This document shows positions 36,601-47,608 of a stretch of 64,000 nt of DNA, in pieces; the first letter of the stretch is position 1; every line of letters begins with the position of its first letter. A program made the translations under genes and the position numbers. This stretch comes from Podarcis vaucheri. Taxonomy: Eukaryota. The stretch lies in NCBI GenBank assembly GCA_965113315.1, contig OZ220364.1; one strand, 5' to 3'. The notes under the pieces are model-generated. The model saw only the letters and a list, made by a program, of their open reading frames with translations. It was not told the DNA's origin and ran no database searches.

Positions 36601-36833
36601 TTCATTTCCTTGCTAATGGTTTCCAGAAGAAAAAAAATGTTGGCAAACTTGGGGCAGGGGGTTGTGTTGTGTTGCAGTTTACCTTTGTTTTGCATTTATC
36701 ATGCTGCCCCTGTTCATGTGATGAAATTCAGGGTGCTTTTCTGGCACACTGTTCTTCCCTGCTGTTTAAAATTTAGCATGGCATGGCTGATATATGTTGC
36801 TCAAAAAGCCACTGTTCCATAACGTAACAGGTA

Positions 36834-37198
36834 AGGTAAAGGTAAAGGGACCCCTGACCATTAGGTCCAGTCGTGACCGACTCTGGGGTTGCGGTGCTCA
36901 TCTCGCTTTATTGGCTGAGGGAGCCGGCGTTTGTCCACAGACAGCTTCCGGGTCATGTGGCCAGCATGACTAAGCCGCTTCTGGCGAACCAGAGCAGTGC
37001 ACAGAAACACTGTTTACCTTCCCGCTGGAGCGGTACGTATTTAACTACTTGCACTTTGACGTGCTTTCGAACTGCTAGGTTGGCAGGAGCAGGGACCGAG
37101 CAACGGGAGCTCACCCCGTCATGGGGATTTGAACCGCCGACCTTCTGATCGGCTTGCCCTAGGCTCTGTGGTTTAGACCACACCGCCACCCACGTCCC
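36834..37198 (-). mobile_element. Sauria SINE
   Basis: (AAAGGT)n tail on the + strand; 14-bp TSD TAACGTAACAGGTA at 36820-36833 and 37199-37212. Confidence 0.92.
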
Positions 37199-37696
37199 TA
37201 ACGTAACAGGTACTGCAGTGTAAAAGGAACATTAGAAACGCTGGCATTATAACTAGGAAAACTTAACCCAATATACCCCCACCTCTGAATGGAGCCATAG
37301 TGATCTGGGCTGCAGTCCTAGCCCTGGCTGTTGCCTGCCTGCCTGGACTTAACAGAATGACAGTGCCACCTCTGCATATGTAGCTCTGCCAGCTTGGACA
37401 GAACATGGGTGGGCAGGCAGATTGCTTTGCTAGTCTAGGGTTGGCATGGTAATCAAACCTGGATCTGCCCTGGCACCATTGCTCAGGATCAAAATGTCCT
37501 CCAGAGCAAATTGGAAGAACATACTGATCGGACGGGCAGTTTTGCGAAGGTGGGTGGGAGAGAGACTGCGCTTGTGCTTTACATTAAAAGAAAAGGCTTT
37601 TGTGCAACAGCAAATGGAGTGAAGCATCGTGCATATTTTGACCCTAGATGACAAGGAAGCCATCTTGCGCAGGGGCTTCATGTGGGGGTTTCGACG

Positions 37697-37992
37697 AGTA
37701 TACCTGAAGGAGCGTCTCCACCACTACCTGAGGTCCAGTGCTGAGGGCCTTCTGGCAAGACGTGAAGTTACAGGGAACCAGCCAGAGGGCCTTCTCAGTA
37801 GTGGCGCCTGCCCTGTGGAACGCCTTCCCACCAGATGTCAAAGAAATAAACAACTATCTGATGTTTAGAAGACATCTGAAGGCTGCCCTGTTTAGGGAAA
37901 TTTTTAATGTCTGGTGTTTTAATGTATTTTTAATATTTTGTTGGAATCTGCCCAGAGTAGCTGGGGAAACCCATGAATGAATGAATGAATGA
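37697..37992 (+). mobile_element. L2-clade LINE 3' fragment
   Basis: ORF piece QRAFSVVAPALWNAFP; ends ~70 nt upstream of the exon 4 acceptor. Confidence 0.8.
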
Positions 37993-38062
37993 AAAATCTT
38001 GGTCTCATTCAGGCATATTTTCAAGAATGTCTCTTGTCTTCCTGCCTTCTTTAAAACTGCAG

Positions 38063-38352
38063 GGCATGAAAAAAGCCACAGAAAGTTTAAGAGGCGGAGC
38101 AAGATGGGACAGTGGCCCACGGCGAGCATATTGTCCGACGTGGAGGCATTGAAACGTGGCCTAGCCTCAGCGCAGTCTCCTGCATCCAGTAAAAACAAGA
38201 CTAGCAGCGTGAGGAGGAAAAGCACACGCCGAAGAACCAAGCGATTCCTCTCCTACCCTCGATATGTGGAGGTCATGGTGGTGGCAGACAGTCGGATGGT
38301 TGCTTACCATGGAGCAAATCTACAGCACTACATTTTGACCTTAATGTCCATA
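38063..38352 (+). CDS. ADAMTS9: ADAMTS9 exon 4 (prodomain end, furin site RTKR 38233-38244, start of catalytic domain)
   Basis: Acceptor ctgcag|GG; reads ...NKT...RRRTKR|FLSYPRYVEVMVVADSRMVAYHGANLQHYILTLMSI; donor ATA|GTAAGT; 290 nt. Confidence 0.97.
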
Positions 38353-38481
38353 GTAAGTATTAAAATCCCACTGCGGGGATTTTAAGTATGCCAGATCTGT
38401 GCAATTTAATGCTTGCCTACGGAACAAGCGGTTGCAGTGCTCCTGCTCAGAGTTCCAGACAGCCCAGATGGAGACTTGGAG

Positions 38482-38974
38482 TGTTGTTGTTTAGTCATTT
38501 AGTCGTGTCCGACTCTTCGTGACCCCATGGACCAGATCACGCCAGGCACTCCTGTCTTCCACTGCCTCCCGCAGTTTGGTCAAACTCATGCTGGTAGCTT
38601 TGAAAACACTATCCAACCATCTCGTCCTCTTTCGCCCCCTTCTCCTTGTGCCCTCCATCTTTCCCAACATCAGGGTGTTTTCCAGGGAATCTTCTCTTCT
38701 CATGAGGTGGCCAAAGTATTGGAGCCTCATCTTCAGGATCTGTCCTTCCAGTGAGCACTCAGGGCTGATTTCCTTAAGAATCGATCGGTTTGATCTTCTT
38801 GCAGTCCAGGGGACTCTCAAGAATCTCCTCCAGCACCATAATTCAAAAGCATCAATTCTTCGGCGATCAGCCTTCTTTATTGTCCAGCTCTCACTTCCAT
38901 ACATCACTACTGGGAAAACCATAGCTTTGACCTTTGTTGGCAAGGTGATGTCTCTGCTTTTTAAGATGCTGTCT
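38482..38974 (-). mobile_element. BovB (RTE clade) LINE 3' fragment
   Basis: VKAMVFPVVMYGSESWTIKKADRRRIDAFELWCWRR...HGVTKSRTRLND with a (CAA)n tail. Confidence 0.93.
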
Positions 38975-39526
38975 CCCGGGCATTTCAGAGGGCACTTTCT
39001 TCCCCCTCCCCCCCATGGCACTTGCACACAACGAAGCCGAGTGTTTTGTTGCTGTGTTGTGGCAGAGATGAGGAACCTCCAACCTGGAGTCCAAAGATGT
39101 GACTCTTGGCTTTGTACAACAGGCCAGAGGTTTCTCTGCAAACATACACCTCTCCATCCTCCATCCAGGCAACAAGAGGAGTTATGGGGGTTCAAGGGCA
39201 CATCCTAGCCAGGAAGAAGATACTGAGGAAGGTGTGGTGCTCAGCAGGGCCCAGGAAGACCTCTAAGGGCTAGATAAGGAGACCCGCAGGGCTGCATTTG
39301 GCCTTTAGGTCTGAGGTCTCCCACCCCTTCCTTGCTCTCAGAATCTGTTGCTAACAGAACGTACTTCCTGAGGTCAGGATTTAATCAGCTGTAGGCCAGT
39401 AGCTGTAGCTTTTTGCACTGCAGGTGTTTGTTTGTTTGTTTGCTTTTTTTAAAAAAAAGAGTCAATTATTTGCTTGCTTGTATAGTGTTAACGTTAACTT
39501 TTCAAAATTTATCCTTTTTTATGCAG

Positions 39527-39610
39527 GTAGCTTCTATATATAAAGACCCAAGTATTGGAAATCTAATTAATATTGTTATTGTGAGATTAGAGGTCATACA
39601 AAATGAGCAG
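39527..39610 (+). CDS. ADAMTS9: ADAMTS9 exon 5
   Basis: Acceptor atgcag|GTA; reads VASIYKDPSIGNLINIVIVRLEVIQNEQ; donor CAG|GTAATT; 84 nt, phase 0-0. Confidence 0.96.
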
Positions 39611-41029
39611 GTAATTACTCCTTCCCTCGTTCTTCTCTCTCACTCTCTTTCTCGCCTGGACATATTTCTAGGAATGTCTTATTCTTGATCATTTAAATGC
39701 TCTAAAACTGAGAAAAAAACATATGTCCTTCCCAAATGTTCACTGAGATTTGTATTGCTGAAAGTTGGGTGTATGGGGCAGGCAGTATGAGGCAAGCTTG
39801 TCTCAGCTTCAGAGGCCCACAGATTTGTGTACATGGACCAGCAGTGGATTTCTAGAGTTCTGGACAGGAGTCTCTACTAGATGTTCTACCACTGAGCAAT
39901 CGCCCTTTCCTAACGATGTAATCCACACTTGTGTGATTGGGATAATTCTAGAAGATTTATCCATATCCTTGGGTGCGGAAGTGGGTCAACGCTTTGCCAC
40001 TGCTGCAATACCAGTCAGAATCAAGGGGCCTTGCCCCCACTATTTGCAATGGCAGAAACATTCCCACTTATTTATTACCAGCAGCCTTGTGTACAACGTA
40101 GCTCAAAATTCTGAGAAGCGAAAACTTCAGGGCAGTTTTGAAATCGGTGGTTGAAATCAGTGTGGTTTTGAAAGACTCTGCCATTTTCAAAATTGTGCAA
40201 ACAAGCGTAGATGGAAACCTGCTCCTTGGTCACAGGAGCCATTGTGCGCAATTTGGTTAAGATCAGTGTGAGGTTTTGAAAGGTTCAGTTCAGCCATCTT
40301 GATTCAAAATGGCGTCCAACTGAATCCAAACATCTCCTCGCCGACTGCAGGAGAGTGACAAAGAACCATCCGTGCCTTGTATGCTGGAAGGTGCTCTTCA
40401 AACAGCAGCACCACATGGAAGATCCTCAACACTCCTCATGAGCTTGGAGCCAGGGAGCTCCCTCCCCAACACAGCTCCTCTGCCTCTGTAGATCAGGCTA
40501 AATGCCCCTGTATTCCAGCATCCTGTTCTCAGCGGCCAATAGGGATAATGAAATAGGATAACAAATACTTTAAAGAAATATATATGTCAAAGATAGATGC
40601 CTCAAAATAACATGTATGCACAAGGGGTACCATTTACTCAATTAATCACCCACCTGGAAGCATCCCCAATCGGTGCAAACAAATGCTTCCCTACTAAACA
40701 AGCTATTGCAGTGTTTTCCCATTTCCTAGCAAAGCAGTTCCTGATCAGGGTTCCGTACAACCTAGACAGAGCTTCGTATTCTCGCTGAGGATTTCAGAAG
40801 GAACGTTCCCCCCCTCCCCTTTCTCACTGCACTTGCCGTATTATTATTATTTTGTTATATTACTGAGCGAATGGGAATATCATGGGGAGAAGAGGGCTGT
40901 TTATTTAAATTTTACAGCACTCATCAGTCTCACAATAGTGTTAATGTGTTTTTGGAGGAGGGGAGAGTGGAAAAAACAACAACAACAATGCTACCTTATT
41001 GAAAGTCATTAGGAATTTGAAAGTAATCC

Positions 41030-43167
41030 GTCCGGGTTAGCGCCTCTGGCAATGGCGGATTTCCTCTGACCGGGAGGAATCCGCTCTGTGGAGATCAGGG
41101 TCTGGACCGCCACGGCGAGGCAGAGACCCACTAAAAACCACAGGCGGGAGAAGCCTGTGGACGTGGGATTTGGCTGGCACCTTTTGCGCCTCCCCTACTC
41201 GCGGGGAAACCCAGTTTCGGGGATCCGGAGCGACGTGGGGTGAGCGGCGCGGTGCTTCGAATCAACTGCTTCTTTCATGGAGTGAAGCCGCATTGCTGTT
41301 GCCGGAGAGCGCTGACTTTTTCCTGTGGACAATTGGACTTTAAACAACTACCCGTGAGTAGAACGGAAAATTGGATCTTTAAACATCTTAATTTGGCACC
41401 GAAACGGGAAGGTTTCAAACAGGAAGTCTGCCTTCCTCTTTTGTAAATAGATTGAAGCAAAGGCGCTGCAAGCTAAAGTCTTGGAAAGCCGTTTCTAAAG
41501 GATTAAATTTCCATTGGTTAAAACTACTAAACCCCCCTTGGAAGCAGGAGAAGAGGGGGGAAATTTTAGATTGCCTAAGCCTGCAGGAGAGAGAGTGAAG
41601 AAAGATAAATTACCACCGTTTTGAACCTGGGAACGGGCTGCCAGTAAGATCGACGTTTTGGGAAAGTTCATTGACTGAATAAAACGTATGCTGACAGACA
41701 GTTAAATAAGAGAAATATATTGTTTCCATTGTTTCTTTTTGCACTTAAAAAGGAGCAAAAGTAGCTGAAAATTGAAAGTAATTTTGTTGCTGGATCTGCA
41801 TTTAAAAGGACGGATACAAATAGAAATTGTTTCCTCTAGAGGGAGCTTTTGAAACTGTTGCAGGAGTGGAGCTGGGGAATTTTCCAGCTGCAGAGATTAA
41901 AGACCGTGAGAATCAGAGATTGACCTTGGACAAGAATGTCAACAGAAGAAGCCTTAGTGATTGCATTTTGCAAGATAAGTGCTTTATTGGAACAGCTTCA
42001 TGAGAAGATGGATGTGATGACTACTAATATTGATAATTTGGGACAAAAAATGACTGATTTGGGACAAAAAGTGAATACCTGTACAGAAACTACTCAGGAA
42101 TCGATTAACGAATCCACTTTGACATGGCAAGTTGTGGAGAAGACGAGGGAGAAAGCTGTTGTTGAACCCCAAGTAATACAAGTGGAGAGAGCCCCAGCCG
42201 TTCAGAGGCAATTTGATGAATATAAGCTGTTGCCTTCTACGATTGAATTTAGAGAAAGCCAGATTTGGAGAGATGGAGTCCCGCCTGGATTGGAGAAGGA
42301 AAGTTGGATAGATCCCCTTATGCAGGGATGCTCTGGCTTTTGGGATCTGGATTTGGGTCAGGGGGAGATTGGAGTTGTGGGGGCCTTTAGCTTCGGAGGG
42401 ATTTTGAAACACGCTCTGAAATATCTTATGGACTTTAGTTTTGACTATGGAGAATGGGCTGACCTGTCGAGAAGGAATAAAGACATTGGTAGGTTGGAGT
42501 TTCCCCGAGCTCTACTCCTCAGCGCCAAAGGAAGGAAATTAAGAACAAGATCAGCAGAAGATAAAGTTAAGTGCATGTATAAATATGAAGAAGATCTGCA
42601 GAAGGGACATGGAAAAGAGTTAAGAGCCTTGGACAGAAGATCACCAGGTTGATGGACCATATGGAATTGATAGAAAGGACTGACAGAATCCGAGACCAGG
42701 GAGAAGAGACGGTGAAAGAAGATTGAAAAAAAGTTTAACATTTATTTAGAGAAATATTGTAAAATTAATGAGTGTTAGAAAAATGTTGGAATGAAATTAC
42801 ATGGCTTTAGTAGAAACGTTATAAGGAGTTAAGTTCAAATAAGTTTTAGGGTTTTAATGGTAAGATAAGGTTAAAATAAATCAAGATAATTAAATGACAG
42901 AAAACAGTGAAAGATGGAAAGGATTTGCTGAAACAATTAATAACTAGAATACAAAAAAGGGAGGTGTGAGGAGGTCGATGAAACAAGTTAATGAAAGACA
43001 AAGATATGGAAATATTGGATGTGTTTTTAATTGTTTTTGTTTTGATCTATTGTGTCTTTTGTTTTTTTTAATGTATTGTAATGTATTGATTTGTATTGTT
43101 TACTTTTTCTCTTTTTTTACTTCTTTCTGTAATCTTTAAACTTTTAATAAATATTATTTTAAAAAAA
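41030..43167 (+). mobile_element. Full-length non-autonomous L1 derivative (ORF1-only, half-L1-like), 2.14 kb
   Basis: 19-bp TSD AGGAATTTGAAAGTAATCC at 41011-41029 and 43168-43186; CpG-rich 5' UTR; ORF 41936-42652; short ORF2 C-terminal remnant; AATAAA at 43146; A-tail. Confidence 0.85.
41936..42652 (+). CDS. L1 ORF1p-like protein, 238 aa (element-encoded; expression unknown)
   Basis: Uninterrupted ATG-started ORF with heptad-like N-terminus (IDNLGQKMTDLGQKV, 21-nt repeat) and a C-terminus loosely resembling the ORF1 CTD; sits at the ORF1 position of a TSD-flanked element. Confidence 0.55.
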   Translation: MSTEEALVIAFCKISALLEQLHEKMDVMTTNIDNLGQKMTDLGQKVNTCTETTQESINESTLTWQVVEKTREKAVVEPQVIQVERAPAVQRQFDEYKLLPSTIEFRESQIWRDGVPPGLEKESWIDPLMQGCSGFWDLDLGQGEIGVVGAFSFGGILKHALKYLMDFSFDYGEWADLSRRNKDIGRLEFPRALLLSAKGRKLRTRSAEDKVKCMYKYEEDLQKGHGKELRALDRRSPG

Positions 43168-43427
43168 AGGAATTTGAAAGTAATCCACAAGTAGGATGCC
43201 GGTGCTGAATGCTTTTGAGCAGAGAGAGATGGTTTGCTGTTTTTCTGATGACTACATTCAGTGTTCTTTCCTGCGGCCGTCCATCTCTGAGACATGTTAT
43301 CAGGTAGAAAGGTGGCCCATAAAGGTAAAATAAAATAGTCAATAAATAAAAGGCACTGCAGATGGAGGGATGGGAACTAAGGAGGATAGGGAGTGCTAAT
43401 CCTTCGACATGTTTGCTTTATACCTAG

Positions 43428-43552
43428 GATGGCCCTTCCATATCTTACAATGCTCAGACGACACTAAAAAACTTCTGTCAGTGGCAGCAGACCCAGAACC
43501 ACCCTAACGAAGATCATCCAGAAAAGCATGACACAGCTGTATTGGTGACAAG
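43428..43552 (+). CDS. ADAMTS9: ADAMTS9 exon 6
   Basis: Acceptor cctag|GAT; reads [42 protein letters not shown]; donor AAG|GTATGT; 125 nt. Confidence 0.96.
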
Positions 43553-43741
43553 GTATGTCACGGGCAGATTTTTTGGCCTCACTGTAATTGCCACTAGAAT
43601 GCAATGTTACAAATCACAACTGAACGACAATGCATGTTATAGTCAAGGGTAATTGAAACGTTGAGGCATGATGGGGAAAGGTATTATATTGCTGTCTAAT
43701 TTTTTGGCGGTGATGAGAACAGGAGCTCTAAGGGCTACGGA

Positions 43742-44109
43742 TAGGGGCATCAGGAATTCATTTCAATTTGCAATTAAAGGCGGATCTACTGAATATCCCC
43801 CTTTTGAAAACGATAATGCAAACAAAGCACAGCCTTCTTTCAGAATGTGCAGCGCAGTTCTCCAGCCAAATAACGTACTGCATACGTGAATGGTAGTGGG
43901 TGCGTAAAAATGCATATATTAGTGAAATCAAAACACAAATGTGTGTTACATCAGGGGGAGTTGCGTGCAAAGATTACAAATTTGCGCTAGACTTTTGTTG
44001 AATTTTCGTGAGGGCTTTAAAAATATATATATTTACAAACTGGTGTAGAAATGTAGAAAACTGAATAAAAGGCAAGAAACAGAGAGGAACTGAAATTAGC
44101 CCATCCCTA
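43742..44109. mobile_element. Old interspersed repeat with TAGGG...CCCTA ends (hAT-like)
   Basis: GCAGCGCAGTTCTCCAGCCA / AAAATGCATATATTAGTGAAA-type body recurs at ~3540-3860 (reverse), ~31080-31555 and ~55950-56699. Confidence 0.5.
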
Positions 44110-44669
44110 CCAGGGGATCAATATTTATTTTTTTTTGGAGTGAGAGTATACAATCCTATTACTCAGCCGTATGGTCATTGGCTGAACCCAAAGTGAGGCT
44201 TTCTGGAGTTTTGGTGCTAAGTTTGCAATGTATGGGAGTTTCTTATTAAGCCCCACCAGTTAGCACTAAAGGCAATGCTTTCTCCTTTTCAGAAAAGGAG
44301 AGGTCTTGTGGGAGGGATTTCAAGCTGGGGTGGAAGTGGCTTTATGAATGCATAAGCATTTGCACTACAGCTGTGGCTGGAGGCCGTGATCTAACACGTA
44401 CACATCTTCTTTTCATTGTTGCTCTCACAGCCTCCCTGTTGCACACTATGTTTTAGATGTGTAGGGTTCTAAAACACAGTTCGTCAGCTGGGGGGGGGGG
44501 CAGGTGGGGGCAAGCAGCTGGACCAGAAATGAAAAAAGAAATAAAATCTACTTACACAAGTAGTCATGTATTTCAAGTGGGGACCTAATTGAGCCTTGGC
44601 TGTAGATTCAGAGTGGGGGAAATGGCAGTAGGTTTGTACAAATGTTCTAATAAAGCACCACAGCCTATC

Positions 44670-44808
44670 CAGTGTTTCCCAAATGTGGGTCTCTAGCTGT
44701 TTTCAGACTACAATTCCTATCATCCCTGACCACTGGTCTTGCTAGCTAGGGATGATGGGAGTTGTAGTCCAAAAAAACCAGCTGGAGACCCAAGTTTGGG
44801 AAACAGTG
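44670..44808. mobile_element. hAT-like palindromic MITE (CAGTGTTTCCCAAA subtype)
   Basis: Inverted ends with an internal GACTACAA..CATCATCC / GGATGATGGGAGTTGTAGTC hairpin. Related copy at 57501-57636 and a half copy at ~52209-52264. Confidence 0.8.
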
Positions 44809-45577
44809 GCCTGTACTAGTGACATAAGATAGTAAAAACATCAGCTGTTTTTAGTAGGCGCTTATTTCTAGTCCTGCCTGCTCCAACCAATGCCATCTAG
44901 AGGTTTTGGCCTACAACTTGCATCATTGGCTATGCTGACTGGGGGCAGTGATGGGGATTGTATTGCAAAACGTCTGGAGGGCAGCAGGTTGGGAAAGACT
45001 GCTCTTACTCAGTATTATGAGCCACCTCTGGGTTAGAGGATACTAGCAGCTGCCTCCATGACTTCAAATCTGGCTAGATGCCAAGTGGATGGGGAGCATT
45101 GCCTGCTACCTTCAGAACATTGCACAGTTTGAATTTTACTCCAGAATGCATAAAAAAAAAAGTGAATAGAAAGACCCATTTGGCTTCTTCTTCATTTCTG
45201 CTATTAGTTTAAAATAGCTACCGGTTATGAGCAATGCACAGCACTCAGTCAAGGCAGGGCCTTGGAGTTTTGCATTGAAATTTTCATTAAAGTGAGCGCT
45301 CATGTCTCTTATTTATAATGCCACAAAATATTTTAATGTGAGATTATCAGGCCTTAATGATAGTCCTTTGAAAAATCAAATTGGATTTTTATTCCTGCTT
45401 TTTAAATCTACTATTATCCCCGTCTTGAACATTTGGAATTGGGCAGGCTACATATTGAAATTAATGCCAAGCAAGAAACCCAAAGCCATATAATTAAATG
45501 GTGTTATGTTTATTATTGTGTGTTCTGAATGCTAACTTGCATGGAAATTAAAAGCATCAAGTCTGTTTTGCTTTCAG

Positions 45578-45618
45578 ACAGGATATTTGTAGAGCTCACG
45601 ACAAATGTGATACTTTAG
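45578..45618 (+). CDS. ADAMTS9: ADAMTS9 exon 7 (41 nt)
   Basis: Acceptor tttcag|A; reads (R)QDICRAHDKCDTL(G); donor TAG|GTAAGC. Confidence 0.95.
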
Positions 45619-45707
45619 GTAAGCCTAATCTCCTTTTTCTTTTACTCTTTAAGGTGTCAATGTTAACATGTTTTTGACAGAATGTTGTGTGCGCCTTTAT
45701 TTAGAGA

Positions 45708-45745
<38 letters not shown>

Positions 45746-45764
45746 TCTGCTTTTGATTTTCCAG

Positions 45765-45870
45765 GTCTGGCTGAATTGGGTACAGTCTGTGATCCATACC
45801 GGAGCTGCTCAATTAGTGAAGACAGTGGACTAAGTACTGCTTTTACGATTGCACATGAACTTGGCCATGT
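45765..45870 (+). CDS. ADAMTS9: ADAMTS9 exon 8 (first half of zinc-binding motif, HELGH)
   Basis: Acceptor ttccag|GT; reads [35 protein letters not shown](V); donor TGT|GTATGT; 106 nt. Confidence 0.97.
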
Positions 45871-45949
45871 GTATGTTCTATAAAAACATAGATATATTTT
45901 TAAAATAACAGTATTGAGAGAGATATGTAAACCATATAGCTTACATGGG

Positions 45950-46138
45950 GATGCAAGTGATTGTTCCGGTTCACGAATATTCTTTTGGAACCCGAACGTC
46001 TGATGGGGCTTCTGTGGCTTCTGATTGGCTGCAGGAGCTTCCTGCAGCTGATCAGAAGCCGTGATTTGGTTTTCAAATGTTTCGTAAGTCGAACGGACTT
46101 CTGGAATGGATTCCGTTCGACTTCCAAGGTACAGCTGT
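45950..46138. mobile_element. Partial Tigger-like MITE with internal palindrome
   Basis: GGCTTCTGATTGGCTGCAGGA / TCCTGCAGCTGATCAGAAGCC hairpin; right end ...CCAAGGTACAGCTG-TA. Confidence 0.55.
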
Positions 46139-47461
46139 ATATGCCAATATTGGCTTGGATCCAAACTTTCCCCTTGTAAACTGAAGAGTTATAGAACAGG
46201 GCCTTCCTCTCCCCTCTGCGTCCCCCTGACCTCTCCAAAAATCTGATTAAGGGAGCTGGGGGACCCTTGAAAATAGTGTGTGATATGGCACTGGGAACTG
46301 TAAATAGATGGGGGAGTTGATTTGATTATTTAATTTCTATACCACTTAATTTATTAAAAACAGCTGTAAGTGGTGTACAGAAACCTGAAGCAAAACCAGA
46401 CAACTTCAACAGAATATTACAAAAACACACAGTTACATATGATAATGGTAGATTAATACAGAGTTACTAATATATATAAATCAATATTAATTCAGTTCCC
46501 TTCTGACACTCCCTCCTTCTCAGCCACCAGGGTCGAAACAAACTCTCCACTGTCAGATGGCAGAAATCAATCCACTGCTCCCTTATGTGAATGAAGGAGC
46601 GAGCTAGGGTTCAGGGCAATGTTTTCTCAATGTTTGAAATTGTGGTATGAGCATTAAATACTGTAGTGGGAATTTTTTTGAAAAGTTAGAAAATGAATAC
46701 TAAATTTTTTGGTGCTGGGTGACTGTAGACTATTATTTACTACACTATTGATGCCGCTAGGCTTATTAGCAGAGCATGTTGCCACATGTAAAGTTGGTGA
46801 CACTGTCCTGCCACAAGGTGGGACAATTTTTGCTAAATTTTTGCTTTTCTGGATTTCTGATTGGGTAATGCAATAAACAACAGTTTCCCCTTGTGGTTGT
46901 TTTGGTAAAGCATGCAAAATGTCTTCCCTTCTCCACAGCCCCAGATCATTAGTTACGTGTCCTGACAGTGCTTTATCAATAATTTTATATATATTAAAAA
47001 TTCATTTGCATAGCTTGCTTTACTGCTTAAAAACCTATGGAGTGTCTACGCACTCTGTTAGGCATGTAGTCACCTTTTGATTTCCAAAGCAGAAAGTCCA
47101 AAACATCTGAAATAATATTGCTTGCTTGCCCATGGAGAACTGGGAATTGTTGTTTTGGAGATGAGGCAGGAGACCCCTCACATGGGCGGTAATCTCTGAA
47201 CACAGCCCTAGGAGAAACCCCTGTTTATGTAGGAATTCTGTAAGCCTTTGCTCCATAATTCCCATCCAGAGCACTCTGAATGAAATGATTTTACTAGATG
47301 ACCCCTTTTATTTCTAACATTCTGTGATTCTAAGTAGGGGAGTTGGCAAAGCCTTTGGCTCCCTTCCGCTGAAATCCCTTATGTGTGCAAGTGTTTTTAA
47401 CTTTTCCTCCTTTTTAAAATTCACGTTAAACACATTGGCCACTGTATGCTGTCTCTTGTAG

Positions 47462-47608
47462 ATTTAACATGCCTCACGACGACAACAATAAGTGCAAAGA
47501 AGACGGAGGGAAAAACCAGCAACATGTGATGGCTCCCACCCTGAACTACAACACCAACCCTTGGATGTGGTCAAAATGTAGCCGGAAATATATCACAGAA
47601 TTTCTAGA
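47462..47608 (+). CDS. ADAMTS9: ADAMTS9 exon 9 (third Zn ligand and Met-turn)
   Basis: Acceptor ttgtag|A; reads [48 protein letters not shown](D); donor AGA|GTAAAG; 147 nt. Confidence 0.96.

Noticed and set aside
38491-39208. 236-aa and 229-aa ORFs as genes or an active retrotransposon
   Set aside because: They are a 5'-truncated BovB ORF end fused to flanking DNA and its antisense shadow; there is no RT core. The same applies to 52415-52945.
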